A stretch of DNA of 58,921 nt, counting the filler. It is 3 parts of 3 records of this genome, joined end to end, with 100 filler letters (N's around TTAATTAATTAA, not from the genome) between each part and the next. Parts side by side here need not be neighbours in the genome. Positions count along the whole stretch, not along the records: positions 25,633 to 52,412 come from SRR22947727_519; positions 52,513 to 58,921 come from SRR22947727_533; 1 more part is not named here. One strand, 5' to 3'. A program made the position numbers and the translations under genes. Shown here in pieces: positions 43,285 to 53,251 of this stretch (position 1 is the first letter of the stretch; every line of letters starts with the position of its first letter). Under the pieces are notes generated by a model that was not told where the DNA came from, searched no databases, and saw only the letters and a list, made by a program, of their open reading frames with translations.

Positions 43285-45108
43285 ATGTATATGCATAATA
43301 AAACGCTCTTTATAATTATATTCATTCTTATATCTAATTTTTCCTATTCGTTAGCTAATGAGTCAACTGTAACAGTTCAAGGATTTCAAATTCAAGGTAC
43401 AAACATTTATGAAGGTAATAATCGAAATGTTTTTGGTTGGCTAGGCCTACCTTACGCAGAACCTCCTGTAGGAAATTTAAGATGGAAAGCACCAAGAGAC
43501 TTTTCTGGTTTTAAAGGTAATTTTAATGCAATTAATTTACCTAGTAGGTGTACGCAAGTTTCAAATACTTATGATGAAATTATGGAGGATCTTAAGCCAG
43601 GTCAAATTATTGGCAATGAAGACTGCTTATATTTAAACGTTTATCGTCCTGATAACATTGATTTTAATGAAGAAAAATTGCCTGTTATGTTTTGGATACA
43701 TGGCGGTGGTAATACTTGGGGTTACTCAGCAAGTGACATGACTACGCCAAAAGAATTTCTTAATAAACATGATGTTATTTTGGTTACAGTAAATTATCGA
43801 TTAGGACCCTTTGGATGGCTTGCCTTAAATGACTTTAATAAAGACTCAAGCAATTCACTAGATCAAACTTATAATTTTGGAACATTAGACCTAGTAAAAG
43901 CACTAGAATGGGTTAACCAAAACATTGAAGATTTTGGTGGTGACAAAAGTAATGTGACTATCTTTGGTGAGTCTGCCGGGGCTAGAAACGTCATGTCATT
44001 AATGGTTGCACCTCAAAGTAAAGATTTATTTCATCGAGCTATTTCCCAAAGTGGCTATTTAAATGGTGATACTTTAGAGGAGGCTATTAATAAACCAAGA
44101 GCGGGTTCTCTTGAGTTCGTTAAAAATAAATTAAAAAGTAAATTTCCGAATATTTCTAAATCAGAAATAAATGAATTCATTCTAGATAACAAAAAATTAG
44201 AGAATTTTTTAAGGTCACTGTCAGCAGATGAAATAATATCATTTTATAGAGTAAGAGAAGGGGTAGGCGGTCTTATTGATGTACCTAATTCAATACCTGA
44301 TGGAATTGTAATACCAAATGAAGGCCTATTTAAATCATATGAAAATGGTCTAGCTCATGATGTACCAATAATTTTTGGAACAAATAGAGATGAGCACAAA
44401 CTTTTTATGTTCGACAATCCTGAATTTGTTGAGTCAAAAGGATTCTTTTTTCTTGAAAAAATATTTGATTTTTTGAATTTTAGATATGTTCCGCTAGATG
44501 AGAACTACTACAATGTTTACTCAAAGTATATGTCAATGTCATGGAAAATTGGTGGAGCAGATGATCCAGCAAACATATTAAATAAATACAATAAATCACA
44601 CGTTTATAGCTACAGATTTGATTGGGATGAAGAACCTACATTTGCATGGATTGATTATGCAAAATATTTAGGTGCGGCCCATGGTTTGGAAATACCATTC
44701 ATTTTTGATAATATTAACCGAACCAATTTATTATCTTACATTCTGTATGATGATGATAATATTGAAACTGATCAAGAGCTTGCAAATCAAATGGGTAAAT
44801 ATTGGACTAACTTTGCTTATACTGGGAGTCCAAATAGTGGACCTTACAATGATTTAGTTGGGTGGAAAACTTGGTCAAAAGAAACACAACAGTATATTAT
44901 TTTTGACAGTTCAAATGATCAAGGTATTAGAATGCAAGTAAATACAGATAGTGGTTCATCACTAATGCAAGGCTTGGCAGGCGAAACTATTTCTACTAAA
45001 CAAAAATGTTATATTGTTGAGAAAATTTTTGTAAATACAACGTTACCGATCGAAAAAGTTAATATTTTTTATGACAATTTTTTAGATGGTGCATGTAATA
45101 AAAATTAG
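43285..45108 (+). CDS. Type-B carboxylesterase/lipase, exported
   Basis: Signal peptide, PYAEPPVGNLRWKAP, EDCLYLNV, WIHGGG, FGESAG, AAHGLEIPFIF. Confidence 0.93.
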   Translation: MYMHNKTLFIIIFILISNFSYSLANESTVTVQGFQIQGTNIYEGNNRNVFGWLGLPYAEPPVGNLRWKAPRDFSGFKGNFNAINLPSRCTQVSNTYDEIMEDLKPGQIIGNEDCLYLNVYRPDNIDFNEEKLPVMFWIHGGGNTWGYSASDMTTPKEFLNKHDVILVTVNYRLGPFGWLALNDFNKDSSNSLDQTYNFGTLDLVKALEWVNQNIEDFGGDKSNVTIFGESAGARNVMSLMVAPQSKDLFHRAISQSGYLNGDTLEEAINKPRAGSLEFVKNKLKSKFPNISKSEINEFILDNKKLENFLRSLSADEIISFYRVREGVGGLIDVPNSIPDGIVIPNEGLFKSYENGLAHDVPIIFGTNRDEHKLFMFDNPEFVESKGFFFLEKIFDFLNFRYVPLDENYYNVYSKYMSMSWKIGGADDPANILNKYNKSHVYSYRFDWDEEPTFAWIDYAKYLGAAHGLEIPFIFDNINRTNLLSYILYDDDNIETDQELANQMGKYWTNFAYTGSPNSGPYNDLVGWKTWSKETQQYIIFDSSNDQGIRMQVNTDSGSSLMQGLAGETISTKQKCYIVEKIFVNTTLPIEKVNIFYDNFLDGACNKN

Positions 45109-45130
45109 GCTTATTATTTTATAAATAGCT

Positions 45131-45277
45131 ATGCACAATAAAAAATTGTTGCCTTCAAAAATCTGCTCTGTCTGCAACTTACAATTTAATTGGCGAAAAA
45201 AATGGGAAAAAAATTGGGAGAATGTTAAGTATTGTTCAGAAAAATGTTCTCGTAGTAAAAAAAAATTGCTTAAATAA
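45131..45277 (+). CDS. DUF2256-family small Cys/Trp-rich protein (48 aa, absent from the ORF track)
   Basis: Manual translation: [48 protein letters not shown]; CxxC...WRKKW...W..VKYCSxxC pattern. Confidence 0.88.
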   Translation: MHNKKLLPSKICSVCNLQFNWRKKWEKNWENVKYCSEKCSRSKKKLLK

Positions 45278-45300
45278 AAATTAGAATCCATAATATTTTT

Positions 45301-45483
45301 ATGGACACTGATGAACTAGAATCTGTTATTAAAACAAAAGGGATTGATTTTGATACATTAAGTATATCAGAGCTTGAACTTTACATTCTTGAACTTGAAG
45401 CTGAAATTATAAAGTGTAAAAATTTTATCGTAAGCAAGGGAAGAGATAAAGAGTTTGCTGAGAGTGTCTTTAAAAAAAAATAA
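45301..45483 (+). CDS. DUF1192-like small coiled-coil protein
   Basis: DTLSISELELYILELEAEI...K...AESVFK resembles the alphaproteobacterial DUF1192 pattern. Confidence 0.7.
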   Translation: MDTDELESVIKTKGIDFDTLSISELELYILELEAEIIKCKNFIVSKGRDKEFAESVFKKK

Positions 45484-45496
45484 AGGAAAAAAAATT

Positions 45497-45847
45497 ATGA
45501 GTTCTATAGAAATTAAAAATTTTAATAATCCAGATGAAACAAATACCAAATTTAATAATGCAAAAATAGATGCTGTAAATGTTGGTGGACAGCGTGTTAA
45601 TCGTTTGACACTCCAACCTGGATGGAAATGGTCAGTTGATATAAAGCCTAATGTTGGTGGTGACTCTTGCCAAGCATCTCATCTAGGAATTGTTCACTCT
45701 GGCACTATTCATTGCGTTTGCGATGATGGAAGCGAGGCTTCTTATACTGAAGGTGATGTTTATTCTATAAAGCCCGGTCATGATGCTTGGGTAGTAGGCG
45801 ATGAACAATGTGTTGTTACTGAGTTTGCAGGAATTTGGGGCGAATAA
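45497..45847 (+). CDS. Cupin-domain protein
   Basis: LQPGWKWS, CQASHLG, IKPGHDAWVVGDE; probable ATG at 45497 after AAAGGA. Confidence 0.85.
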   Translation: MSSIEIKNFNNPDETNTKFNNAKIDAVNVGGQRVNRLTLQPGWKWSVDIKPNVGGDSCQASHLGIVHSGTIHCVCDDGSEASYTEGDVYSIKPGHDAWVVGDEQCVVTEFAGIWGE

Positions 45848-45926
45848 TAATTTTATTATTCAGTCTTATATATATATATCGATCTAAATTTAAGTGTTAT
45901 GGTGAAATTTATTCATTGTAACACTT

Positions 45927-46799
45927 ATGCAGCCCAAACATTTAGCTTTAGTTTTATTGGTAATGGTCCTTTATGGAAGTGCTTATCCAGTAGGTAAAAT
46001 AGGAACTTTAGACGCACCGCCATTATTTCTTTCTGCAATGAGAGTGCTTTGTGTTTTTTTATTTTTCCTTCCTTTTTTTAAATTTAGATTACCTCCTAGA
46101 CAACTCTATTTACCATTAGTTGGTTTTGCAGCTTCAATGGGAGTTTGTACTTATGCATTTATGTATTATGCCCTTAGTTTTACATCTATTGTTGCACCTA
46201 TTATTATTGGTGCTCAATTAGCAATACCATTTGGATTGATTTTAAGTTTAATTTTTTTAAAAGAAGAAATCTCATTATTTAAATGGATACTTATTTTTTT
46301 TGCATTCGCAGGTATCGTAGTTATTGCTTATGATCCAAATTTTATAAACGAACGAATTGCTCTTATATTTTGCATACTTATGGCTTTCTTTTACGCTCTA
46401 GCAAACATGATGGCAAGAAGGTTAAAAGATATTGATACTTCTGTTTTAAATGGATGGTGCAATTTTTTAGCTTTTTTTCCTTTAATAATTGCTTCTTTTA
46501 TTTTAGATGGAAATCCGATTAACATTATTACTAATTTAAATAATTCAACTTTCATAGTTATTTTACATGCATCTTTAATAGTATCAGTAATTGGTCATGC
46601 GGGTATGTTTTACCTATATCGATTTTATCCAGTAGCTATGGTGCTTCCTTTTTATTCACTGTTTCCAATTTTTGGAATAATATTAACCTATCTTATGTTT
46701 AGAGAAATTTTAACGACGCAACAATTTATTGGCAGTGTACTAGTTATCGGCTCTGTTTATTTAATACATCGTGAAAATAAAAAAGAGATAGGTGTTTAA
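45927..46799 (+). CDS. EamA/DMT-family transporter
   Basis: About ten hydrophobic helices in two repeats (LIFLKEEIS / LMFREILT). Confidence 0.88.
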   Translation: MQPKHLALVLLVMVLYGSAYPVGKIGTLDAPPLFLSAMRVLCVFLFFLPFFKFRLPPRQLYLPLVGFAASMGVCTYAFMYYALSFTSIVAPIIIGAQLAIPFGLILSLIFLKEEISLFKWILIFFAFAGIVVIAYDPNFINERIALIFCILMAFFYALANMMARRLKDIDTSVLNGWCNFLAFFPLIIASFILDGNPINIITNLNNSTFIVILHASLIVSVIGHAGMFYLYRFYPVAMVLPFYSLFPIFGIILTYLMFREILTTQQFIGSVLVIGSVYLIHRENKKEIGV

Positions 46800-47678
46800 A
46801 TGATTTTATTGGATGGTGGAATGGGTAGGCATCTCAAATTTATCGGAGCACCCTTTGGTCAACCTGAATGGTCTGCATTGGCTTTAATAAAAGACCCAGC
46901 TTTTGTATTAAAAGCTCACAATGATTTTATTGACGCTGGATCGGATTATATTAGCACTAACAGCTATGCAATAGTTCCATTTCATTTAGGTGAAGAAGTA
47001 TTTAAAAAAAAGGGAAAAGATCTTTTAAATCTTGCTGGAGAATTGGCAAAACAAGCAAAAGAAAATAGCAATACCAATGTAAAAATTGCAGCAAGTATCC
47101 CACCAGTACTTGGATCTTACAAGCCTGAGACATTCAATTCTGAGGAGGCTAGACCAATTTTAGAATTGTTTAGAGATGTGCTGGTACCATATGGAGATAT
47201 TATTTTAGGCGAAACTCTAAGTAGTATTAAGGAGATAGAATTAGTGCAAAATATTTTTAAATCATGTGGAGTGCCTCTGTGGTTAAGCTTAACTCTAGAG
47301 GATGATACTACAGATGTGTCACATTCTACCTTAAGATCCGGTGAATTATTATTAATGGCTCTTGAAAAAATTGATTTATCTATAGTCGATTCTATTTTAT
47401 TTAACTGCAGCCAACCTGAAGTAATGGAAACTGCAATTAAAACGACAAGTAACTTTTGTTCAGGCAAAGCTAAAATTGGTGTTTACGCCAATGCTTTTCC
47501 AGCAATTAATAGTTCACAAAAAGAGGCCAACAATCAAATTCGTGAAATAAGATCTGATCTAACACCTTCGGGATACATGTTTTTTGCCGAAAAATGGCAA
47601 AAAGCTGGCGCAACTATTATTGGTGGTTGCTGTGGGATTGGTCCAGATCACATTCAAGAACTTAATAAACTGAGATAA
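46800..47678 (+). CDS. Homocysteine S-methyltransferase family protein (MmuM-like)
   Basis: ILLDGGMG, PEWSALAL, LFNC and IIGGCCGIGPDHI zinc ligands. Confidence 0.9.
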   Translation: MILLDGGMGRHLKFIGAPFGQPEWSALALIKDPAFVLKAHNDFIDAGSDYISTNSYAIVPFHLGEEVFKKKGKDLLNLAGELAKQAKENSNTNVKIAASIPPVLGSYKPETFNSEEARPILELFRDVLVPYGDIILGETLSSIKEIELVQNIFKSCGVPLWLSLTLEDDTTDVSHSTLRSGELLLMALEKIDLSIVDSILFNCSQPEVMETAIKTTSNFCSGKAKIGVYANAFPAINSSQKEANNQIREIRSDLTPSGYMFFAEKWQKAGATIIGGCCGIGPDHIQELNKLR

Positions 47679-47827
47679 CTCATAGTAAAAAATATATAAC
47701 TATATTTTATGCATAATTTTCAGTGTTTTATAATGCTCAAAACTAGTTAAATTTTTTATGTTTCCTAACTTTTATTTAGGAAAATAATGGATTTATTCCA
47801 GATAATAATTAATTAGGGGGAAAGCAA

Positions 47828-49042
47828 ATGAGCTTTATTAAAATTTTTAAATCAGTACTGATTACAGCTTTATCAGTGCAACTATTTAGCAGTATAGCTT
47901 TGGCAGAATCGCCAAAATATTCTGTAGATAGTTCAAACTATATGCAACATGCTGACAAGCTAACAGATGGCCAAATGAAGGCTTTCGAAAATTATGCAGA
48001 ATATAGAATTGATGTGTATGCAACTTCAGCAGAATGTAGATTACCTGATGCGGTTAGAGCAGTAAGTAATTCAAATGCAACAATGATTAATGGTAATGAA
48101 GGTTTGGAAGGCTATACTCTAGGAGCAAAACCCTTTCCTAATCCAACTGAAGCCCAACATTACATTTGGAATCATAGAACTGCACCACATTACAATGGGA
48201 GTATTCATAGAACATTAGTTGCATACATCGTCAAAAATGATGGTTCATTTACTATCGGTAAAGGTGATAATTACATTGAAGCACCCAATGCTTTAAATTC
48301 TCCTTTAAGAGGAACTGTTGATGAAAATATATATGTTTTATACATGGTAAAAAATAACTCACCAGCAAGAATTGCCGGCACATTAACAATGTTACATGAT
48401 TTCTACGATAGTGCAATTCAAGCACGTAAAGCATGGCAATACAGCCCAGCAACACGTCGTGTACGAAGAGCACCAGACGTAGCTTACGATTCATTTGTGG
48501 ATCAAACTGGTGGCTTAGCAACCATTGACTCATATAATATGTTTTCAGGAGCTCAAGATCGTTTCGATTGGAACTTGGTTGATAAAAAAATGATGCTAAT
48601 TCCTCATGCAAATACTGCTATCTCACAAGTTGGTGCTGCTGATAAAATTACTTCCAGCCGAAACTTTGTTGATCCAAGTCTTTATAGATACGAAGAGCGC
48701 GAAGTAGCAATTGTTGAAGCAACCCTAAAAGAAGGCTCACGTCACATCTTCCCAAGACAAATGATGTATGTAAGTACTGATGAGCACAACGGAATCATGA
48801 TTAGAGATCACTATGATGGTCAAGGTAATCTAGTAAAACACCAAATTGGTTCACGTGCTTATGAAGAAGCAGCTGGTAATTGTCAATATAATGGCGAGCA
48901 AACTATTGATTTTGCAACTAGATCTTTTGTGATCCAAAACACTTTAGGCCCCGGTCATGATGATATGGCTGTTACTTATGACACGATTAATATGGGAATG
49001 AATTTTTATTCTCCAGATGGTCTAAGAAGATTTGCAAGATAA
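47828..49042 (+). CDS. DUF1329-family exported protein (lipoprotein-sorting-like fold)
   Basis: Signal peptide; PFPNP, WNH, RKAWQYSPATRRVRRAP, DRFDWNLV, C-terminal YSPDGLRR. Confidence 0.8.
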   Translation: MSFIKIFKSVLITALSVQLFSSIALAESPKYSVDSSNYMQHADKLTDGQMKAFENYAEYRIDVYATSAECRLPDAVRAVSNSNATMINGNEGLEGYTLGAKPFPNPTEAQHYIWNHRTAPHYNGSIHRTLVAYIVKNDGSFTIGKGDNYIEAPNALNSPLRGTVDENIYVLYMVKNNSPARIAGTLTMLHDFYDSAIQARKAWQYSPATRRVRRAPDVAYDSFVDQTGGLATIDSYNMFSGAQDRFDWNLVDKKMMLIPHANTAISQVGAADKITSSRNFVDPSLYRYEEREVAIVEATLKEGSRHIFPRQMMYVSTDEHNGIMIRDHYDGQGNLVKHQIGSRAYEEAAGNCQYNGEQTIDFATRSFVIQNTLGPGHDDMAVTYDTINMGMNFYSPDGLRRFAR

Positions 49043-49062
49043 GCAAACAAACCTTAATTAAG

Positions 49063-49094
49063 AAAAAAGGCCTGTTTATTCAGGCCTTTTTTTT
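49063..49094 (+). terminator. Intrinsic terminator after the DUF1329 gene
   Basis: AAAAAAGGCCTG-TTTATT-CAGGCCTTTTTTTT. Confidence 0.9.
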
Positions 49095-49154
49095 ATTCAA
49101 TAGCTAAATTTATTTCATTTCATTTATTGTTAATAGTGGTAATCTCCGCTCAAT

Positions 49155-49622
49155 ATGGCTGAAAATTTCGATAAAACATTATTAAAAAAATCATTTGGTT
49201 CGTTTGCCACTGGTGTTTGCGTTGCTACGTCGCACTCTGGTGGGTTTACTGTAAATTCATTTGCATCGTTAAGTCTTGAACCACCATTGATGATATTCAA
49301 TATATATAAAACTGAAACTGATCATGTAAGTTTTTTAAACCTAGGACATTTTGCAATAAATTTTCTTGCATCAGATCAAAAAGATATTTCAAATCTCTTT
49401 GCTTCAAAAGATACAGATAAATTGTCTAAAGTTAAACATTACAAAACTAAAAATAATATTGCAGTGCTAGATAACACGCTTGGACATTTAGAATTATCTG
49501 TTTTTCAGCAAATAGATATAGCTGATCATGTATTAGTAATTGGTAAAGTCGAGAACTTAGCCATTAATGAAAATAAAGAACCTCTTATTTACTATCGTAG
49601 TAATTACAGAGAAATTAAGTAA
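49155..49622 (+). CDS. Flavin reductase-like protein
   Basis: FGSFATGVCV, TVNSFASLSLEPPL, ADHVLVIGKV, PLIYY. Confidence 0.9.
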   Translation: MAENFDKTLLKKSFGSFATGVCVATSHSGGFTVNSFASLSLEPPLMIFNIYKTETDHVSFLNLGHFAINFLASDQKDISNLFASKDTDKLSKVKHYKTKNNIAVLDNTLGHLELSVFQQIDIADHVLVIGKVENLAINENKEPLIYYRSNYREIK

Positions 49623-49659
49623 AAAGATAACTGTCGGAGACCAGAAGTTTAAAAAGGCT

Positions 49660-50109
49660 CTAGCTAATTAACTTGCTTTCAGATCCATATTTATTTTCTC
49701 CATTGTCACTTTTAAGGCACCAGAAAATAATCAAATTTATGTAGCCTAGAAATACAATAAGAGAGAGTCTTTCATTAAAAAAACTAATGAGATAAATTAT
49801 GATGAATGCCAAATACCAGAATCCAGATCTATTTGTGTCATGTAATCTTCTTATTCTCAATGCAGTAAGTGGGATGAGAGTAAGAAAAAATGATACTATA
49901 AGTAGAGGACCAATATTTAAGTCAATCGTTTGATTGTCTATATACAATTCAAAAGATCTTACGCTAAAACCAAAAAGGTTATCTAGAGTTAAACTTATTA
50001 ATGTAAGGATCTCTGCAAATAAATAGAAATACCATAATTCAGATCTTGTTGCCCTTGAATTAAAATCAAAGCAATTTGCAAAGCCTTTTTTTATTGAGTG
50101 AATAAACAT
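49660..50109 (-). CDS. DUF805 (YhaH-like) membrane protein
   Basis: FNSRATRSELWYF, IRRLHDTNRSGFW, GENKYG. Confidence 0.9.
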   Translation of the reverse strand: MFIHSIKKGFANCFDFNSRATRSELWYFYLFAEILTLISLTLDNLFGFSVRSFELYIDNQTIDLNIGPLLIVSFFLTLIPLTALRIRRLHDTNRSGFWYLAFIIIYLISFFNERLSLIVFLGYINLIIFWCLKSDNGENKYGSESKLIS

Positions 50110-50188
50110 ATTGTTGGTATTTTAAGTATTATAATAGTTATTTTTTTAGATCATATTATTATAAAAAATAATATATAATTATACTTAG

Positions 50189-51976
50189 ATGAATAAATCA
50201 ATAAAAATAGGGGGCGCAAGTGGGTTTTGGGGTGATTCATTTATAGCAACATCACAACTTTTAAATGCTGACAATAATTTAGATTTTATTGTCTACGATT
50301 ATCTGGCTGAAATTACAATGTCAATTTTAGCAAGAGCTCGCTCAAAGGATCCTAAGCTTGGATATGCTACAGATTTTGTTAGTACAGTCATGAAGCTGAA
50401 TTTAAGGCAAATTTCTGACCAAAAAGTTAAAATAATTTCAAATGCTGGTGGTGTAAATCCACTTGCATGTGCTGAAGCAATAAGAGAACTAATTAAAGAT
50501 CAAAACTTAAATCTAAAAGTTGCAGTAATTACTGGTGATGACTTGTTAGATCATAAAGCAGCTGTATTTGACTCAAATATAACTGAAATGTTTTCAGGTG
50601 AAGCGTTACCAGATCAAAAAAATGTTGTTAGCATTAATGCTTACCTTGGAGCATTTCCAATAGCTGAAGCACTGAAGCAAGGCGCTGATATAGTTATTAC
50701 TGGTAGATGTGTTGATAGCGCTGTTACATTAGCTGCATGCATATACAGTTTTAATTGGCATGAAGAAAATTGGAACTATTTAGCTAGTGGAAGCTTAGCG
50801 GGGCATATTATTGAATGCGGTACACAAAGTACTGGTGGCAATTTCACAGATTGGGAGCTTATAGCAGATCAGATTGATACTATGGGCTATCCAATTGTAG
50901 AAATATTTGAAAACTCAGATTTTAATTGTCTGAAATCCAATAAATCTGGTGGCTTAGTAAGTGTAGGGACTGTATCAGAACAAATGTTATATGAAATAGG
51001 AGATCCTCAAGCTTATGTACTGCCTGACGTAATATGTGATTTTTCAGAAGTGCAAATTAAACAAATGGATAAAGATATTGTAGAAGTAAAAGGAGCTATT
51101 GGTTATCCGGCTCCTAAAGATTACAAAGTATCAATGACTTATTCTGACGGTTTTAGGGGCGGACATTTAATGTCTTTTGTTGGTATAGACGCTAGCAAAA
51201 AAGCTAATGCATATGGCAAAGCAATTTTTAAGAGATCACGGAATATAATGAAAAAAATGAATATTTCTGACTTTACAGAAACAAGCATAGAAATTTTAGG
51301 AGATGAAAGTCAGTATAGTAAAAAAAACAAATCATTAAATAGTAGAGAAGTAGTACTCAAATATGCTGCAAAGCATGAGGATATAAAAGCTATAGGTATA
51401 ATGTTAAAAGAATCTGTTGGATTGGGTTTATCAACACCACCAGGATTATCAGGATTTGCTGGTGCAAGACCTAAGCCATCACCGGTAGTTAGACTATTTT
51501 CATTTTTAATTCCAAAATCTACAGTAAATATTAAAGTTTTATTTGAAGATAAAGATTTCGACACTAAAGTTTATCAGGGACAAGACTTTGATCTCGCTAA
51601 GATCAAAAGACCCATAGAAATAAATACTGACATCGATGAAGATTTGATAGATGTTCCTTTAGTTAAGATTGCTTATGCCAGAAGTGGTGATAAGGGCAAC
51701 AAAGCTAATATTGGTATTATTGCTAGAGATGCAAAATTCTTTCCATCAATATGTAAATATATAAATGAAAAAATCATTGAGGAAAATTTTTCTATCTTTT
51801 TAAATGGTACTACTAAGCGATATTTACTGCCAGGATCATATGCAGTTAATTTCTTACTGGACGATGTGCTTGGTGGTGGTGGTGCAGCAAGTCTTAGAAA
51901 TGATCCACAAGGAAAAGCTTATGGACAAATTGTACTTGATCAGATGATACCTATACCTAAAAAACTATTAAATTAA
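50189..51976 (+). CDS. atuA: Acyclic terpene utilisation AtuA-family protein (DUF1446)
   Basis: GGASGFWGD, DYLAEITMSI, NAGGVNP, GHIIECG, ARSGDKGN, SLRNDPQGK. Confidence 0.88.
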   Translation: MNKSIKIGGASGFWGDSFIATSQLLNADNNLDFIVYDYLAEITMSILARARSKDPKLGYATDFVSTVMKLNLRQISDQKVKIISNAGGVNPLACAEAIRELIKDQNLNLKVAVITGDDLLDHKAAVFDSNITEMFSGEALPDQKNVVSINAYLGAFPIAEALKQGADIVITGRCVDSAVTLAACIYSFNWHEENWNYLASGSLAGHIIECGTQSTGGNFTDWELIADQIDTMGYPIVEIFENSDFNCLKSNKSGGLVSVGTVSEQMLYEIGDPQAYVLPDVICDFSEVQIKQMDKDIVEVKGAIGYPAPKDYKVSMTYSDGFRGGHLMSFVGIDASKKANAYGKAIFKRSRNIMKKMNISDFTETSIEILGDESQYSKKNKSLNSREVVLKYAAKHEDIKAIGIMLKESVGLGLSTPPGLSGFAGARPKPSPVVRLFSFLIPKSTVNIKVLFEDKDFDTKVYQGQDFDLAKIKRPIEINTDIDEDLIDVPLVKIAYARSGDKGNKANIGIIARDAKFFPSICKYINEKIIEENFSIFLNGTTKRYLLPGSYAVNFLLDDVLGGGGAASLRNDPQGKAYGQIVLDQMIPIPKKLLN

Positions 51977-52412
51977 TGACCGAATTTAATGTCATTATAG
52001 CAAATGGCGAATTTCCAATTCATAGCTATCCATTAGACCTAATAAAAAAAGCAAAAAATATTATTTGTACAGATGGTAGTGCTGAAAAATTATTAAATAT
52101 AAATATTCATCCAGATATTTTAATAGGAGATATGGACTCGACAAAAATAGATTCTGCCGATATTAAAAGTAAGATATTAGAAGATAAGAATGAGAATAAT
52201 ACAGATCTTGAGAAAGCATTAATTTACTATTCTGAAAATTTTAACAATGAAAAGTTATTTATTCTTGGAGCAACAGGCTTAAGGGATGATCATAATTTTG
52301 CAAACCTATTGTTACTTAATAAATATTCTGAAAGTCTAAGTGTTATGTTTATTACCAATTACTATAAAATATTGGTCAATAAAGGTAAAAATATCTATCC
52401 CTCCACACCATC
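51976..52412 (+). CDS. thiN: Thiamine diphosphokinase, 3'-truncated at contig end
   Basis: IANGEFP, ICTDG, IGDMDS, TDLEKAL, LGATGLRDDH. Confidence 0.85.
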
Positions 52413-52512
52413 NNNNNNNNNNNNNNNNNNNNNNNNNNNNNNNNNNNNNNNNNNNNTTAATTAATTAANNNNNNNNNNNNNNNNNNNNNNNNNNNNNNNN
52501 NNNNNNNNNNNN
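52413..52512. other. Artificial contig-joining spacer
   Basis: Same N44-TTAATTAATTAA-N44 structure as the first spacer; abrupt rise in GC after it. Confidence 0.98.
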
Positions 52513-53205
52513 GCCTTCGTCATGATCCTCCTCATGGCCTTCTTCATGGTCCTCGTCATGATGTGCACCGATGACCGCACCGTTGGGGATTTCATAATCC
52601 TCCATGTCGACATCTTGATAGCTATAGGTGAGATTCACTCCGCCTAGGTTTCCGCGAAGCGACACGTCAGCTGCTTCGCCGTCATTGACTGACTGGGCTT
52701 CTGCACCCATTGAACCACTAAAAGCGTCGAGGTCCGACTTCGGAATGATGTTGTCGACCACATTCACGATGCCGCCGATCGAGCCATTTGAATACAGCAA
52801 CGCTGAGGGGCCTCGAACGACTTCTACCTGTTGAACATCATTAAGACTGACGTCGACGGCGTGATCTGGACCGAGCGCAGAAACATCACGAACGACCGAG
52901 CCATTATTCAATACTCTGACACGATTGCCGCTCAAACCACGAATGATGGGTTGCCCCACAGCCGCACCGAAATCGGCATATGCCACGCCCAGCAGCGAAT
53001 CGAGGTGCGCGCCCAGTGTCTGAACGCCGTTTTGCTCCAGGGTTTCCTCATCCAATACATAAATGGGCCGTGTCGCCATCGACTCGTTGACCCCAACAAA
53101 TGAGGCCGTGACAATAATTTCTTCTAATAATGTTTCTTCGCTCCCCGCGACCGTCATGGGTATGACGACAACCGCGAGTAGCGCATAAGCTGAAATGCGC
53201 TGCAT
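52513..53205 (-). CDS. TonB-dependent receptor, ZnuD-like, 3'-truncated at contig end
   Basis: Signal peptide, TonB box LEEIIVTAS, plug PIIRGLSGNRVRVL, GPDHAV, RGPSALLY..GSIGGIVNVVD, and His/Asp/Glu-rich HHDEDHEEGHEEDHDEG. Confidence 0.85.
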
Positions 53206-53251
53206 GCTGAACTCCTAAGATAAGCTGTATGGGACGAACTAAGGGTGCTGT

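Noticed and set aside
45867-45879. Short (TA)n tract before the EamA gene as a phase-variation site
   Set aside because: Only about six units in a very AT-rich spacer; no support for a function.
53236-53245. GAACTAAGGG repeated at 58871-58880, upstream of both TonB receptor genes
   Set aside because: A single non-palindromic 10-mer match at different distances from the starts is compatible with chance.
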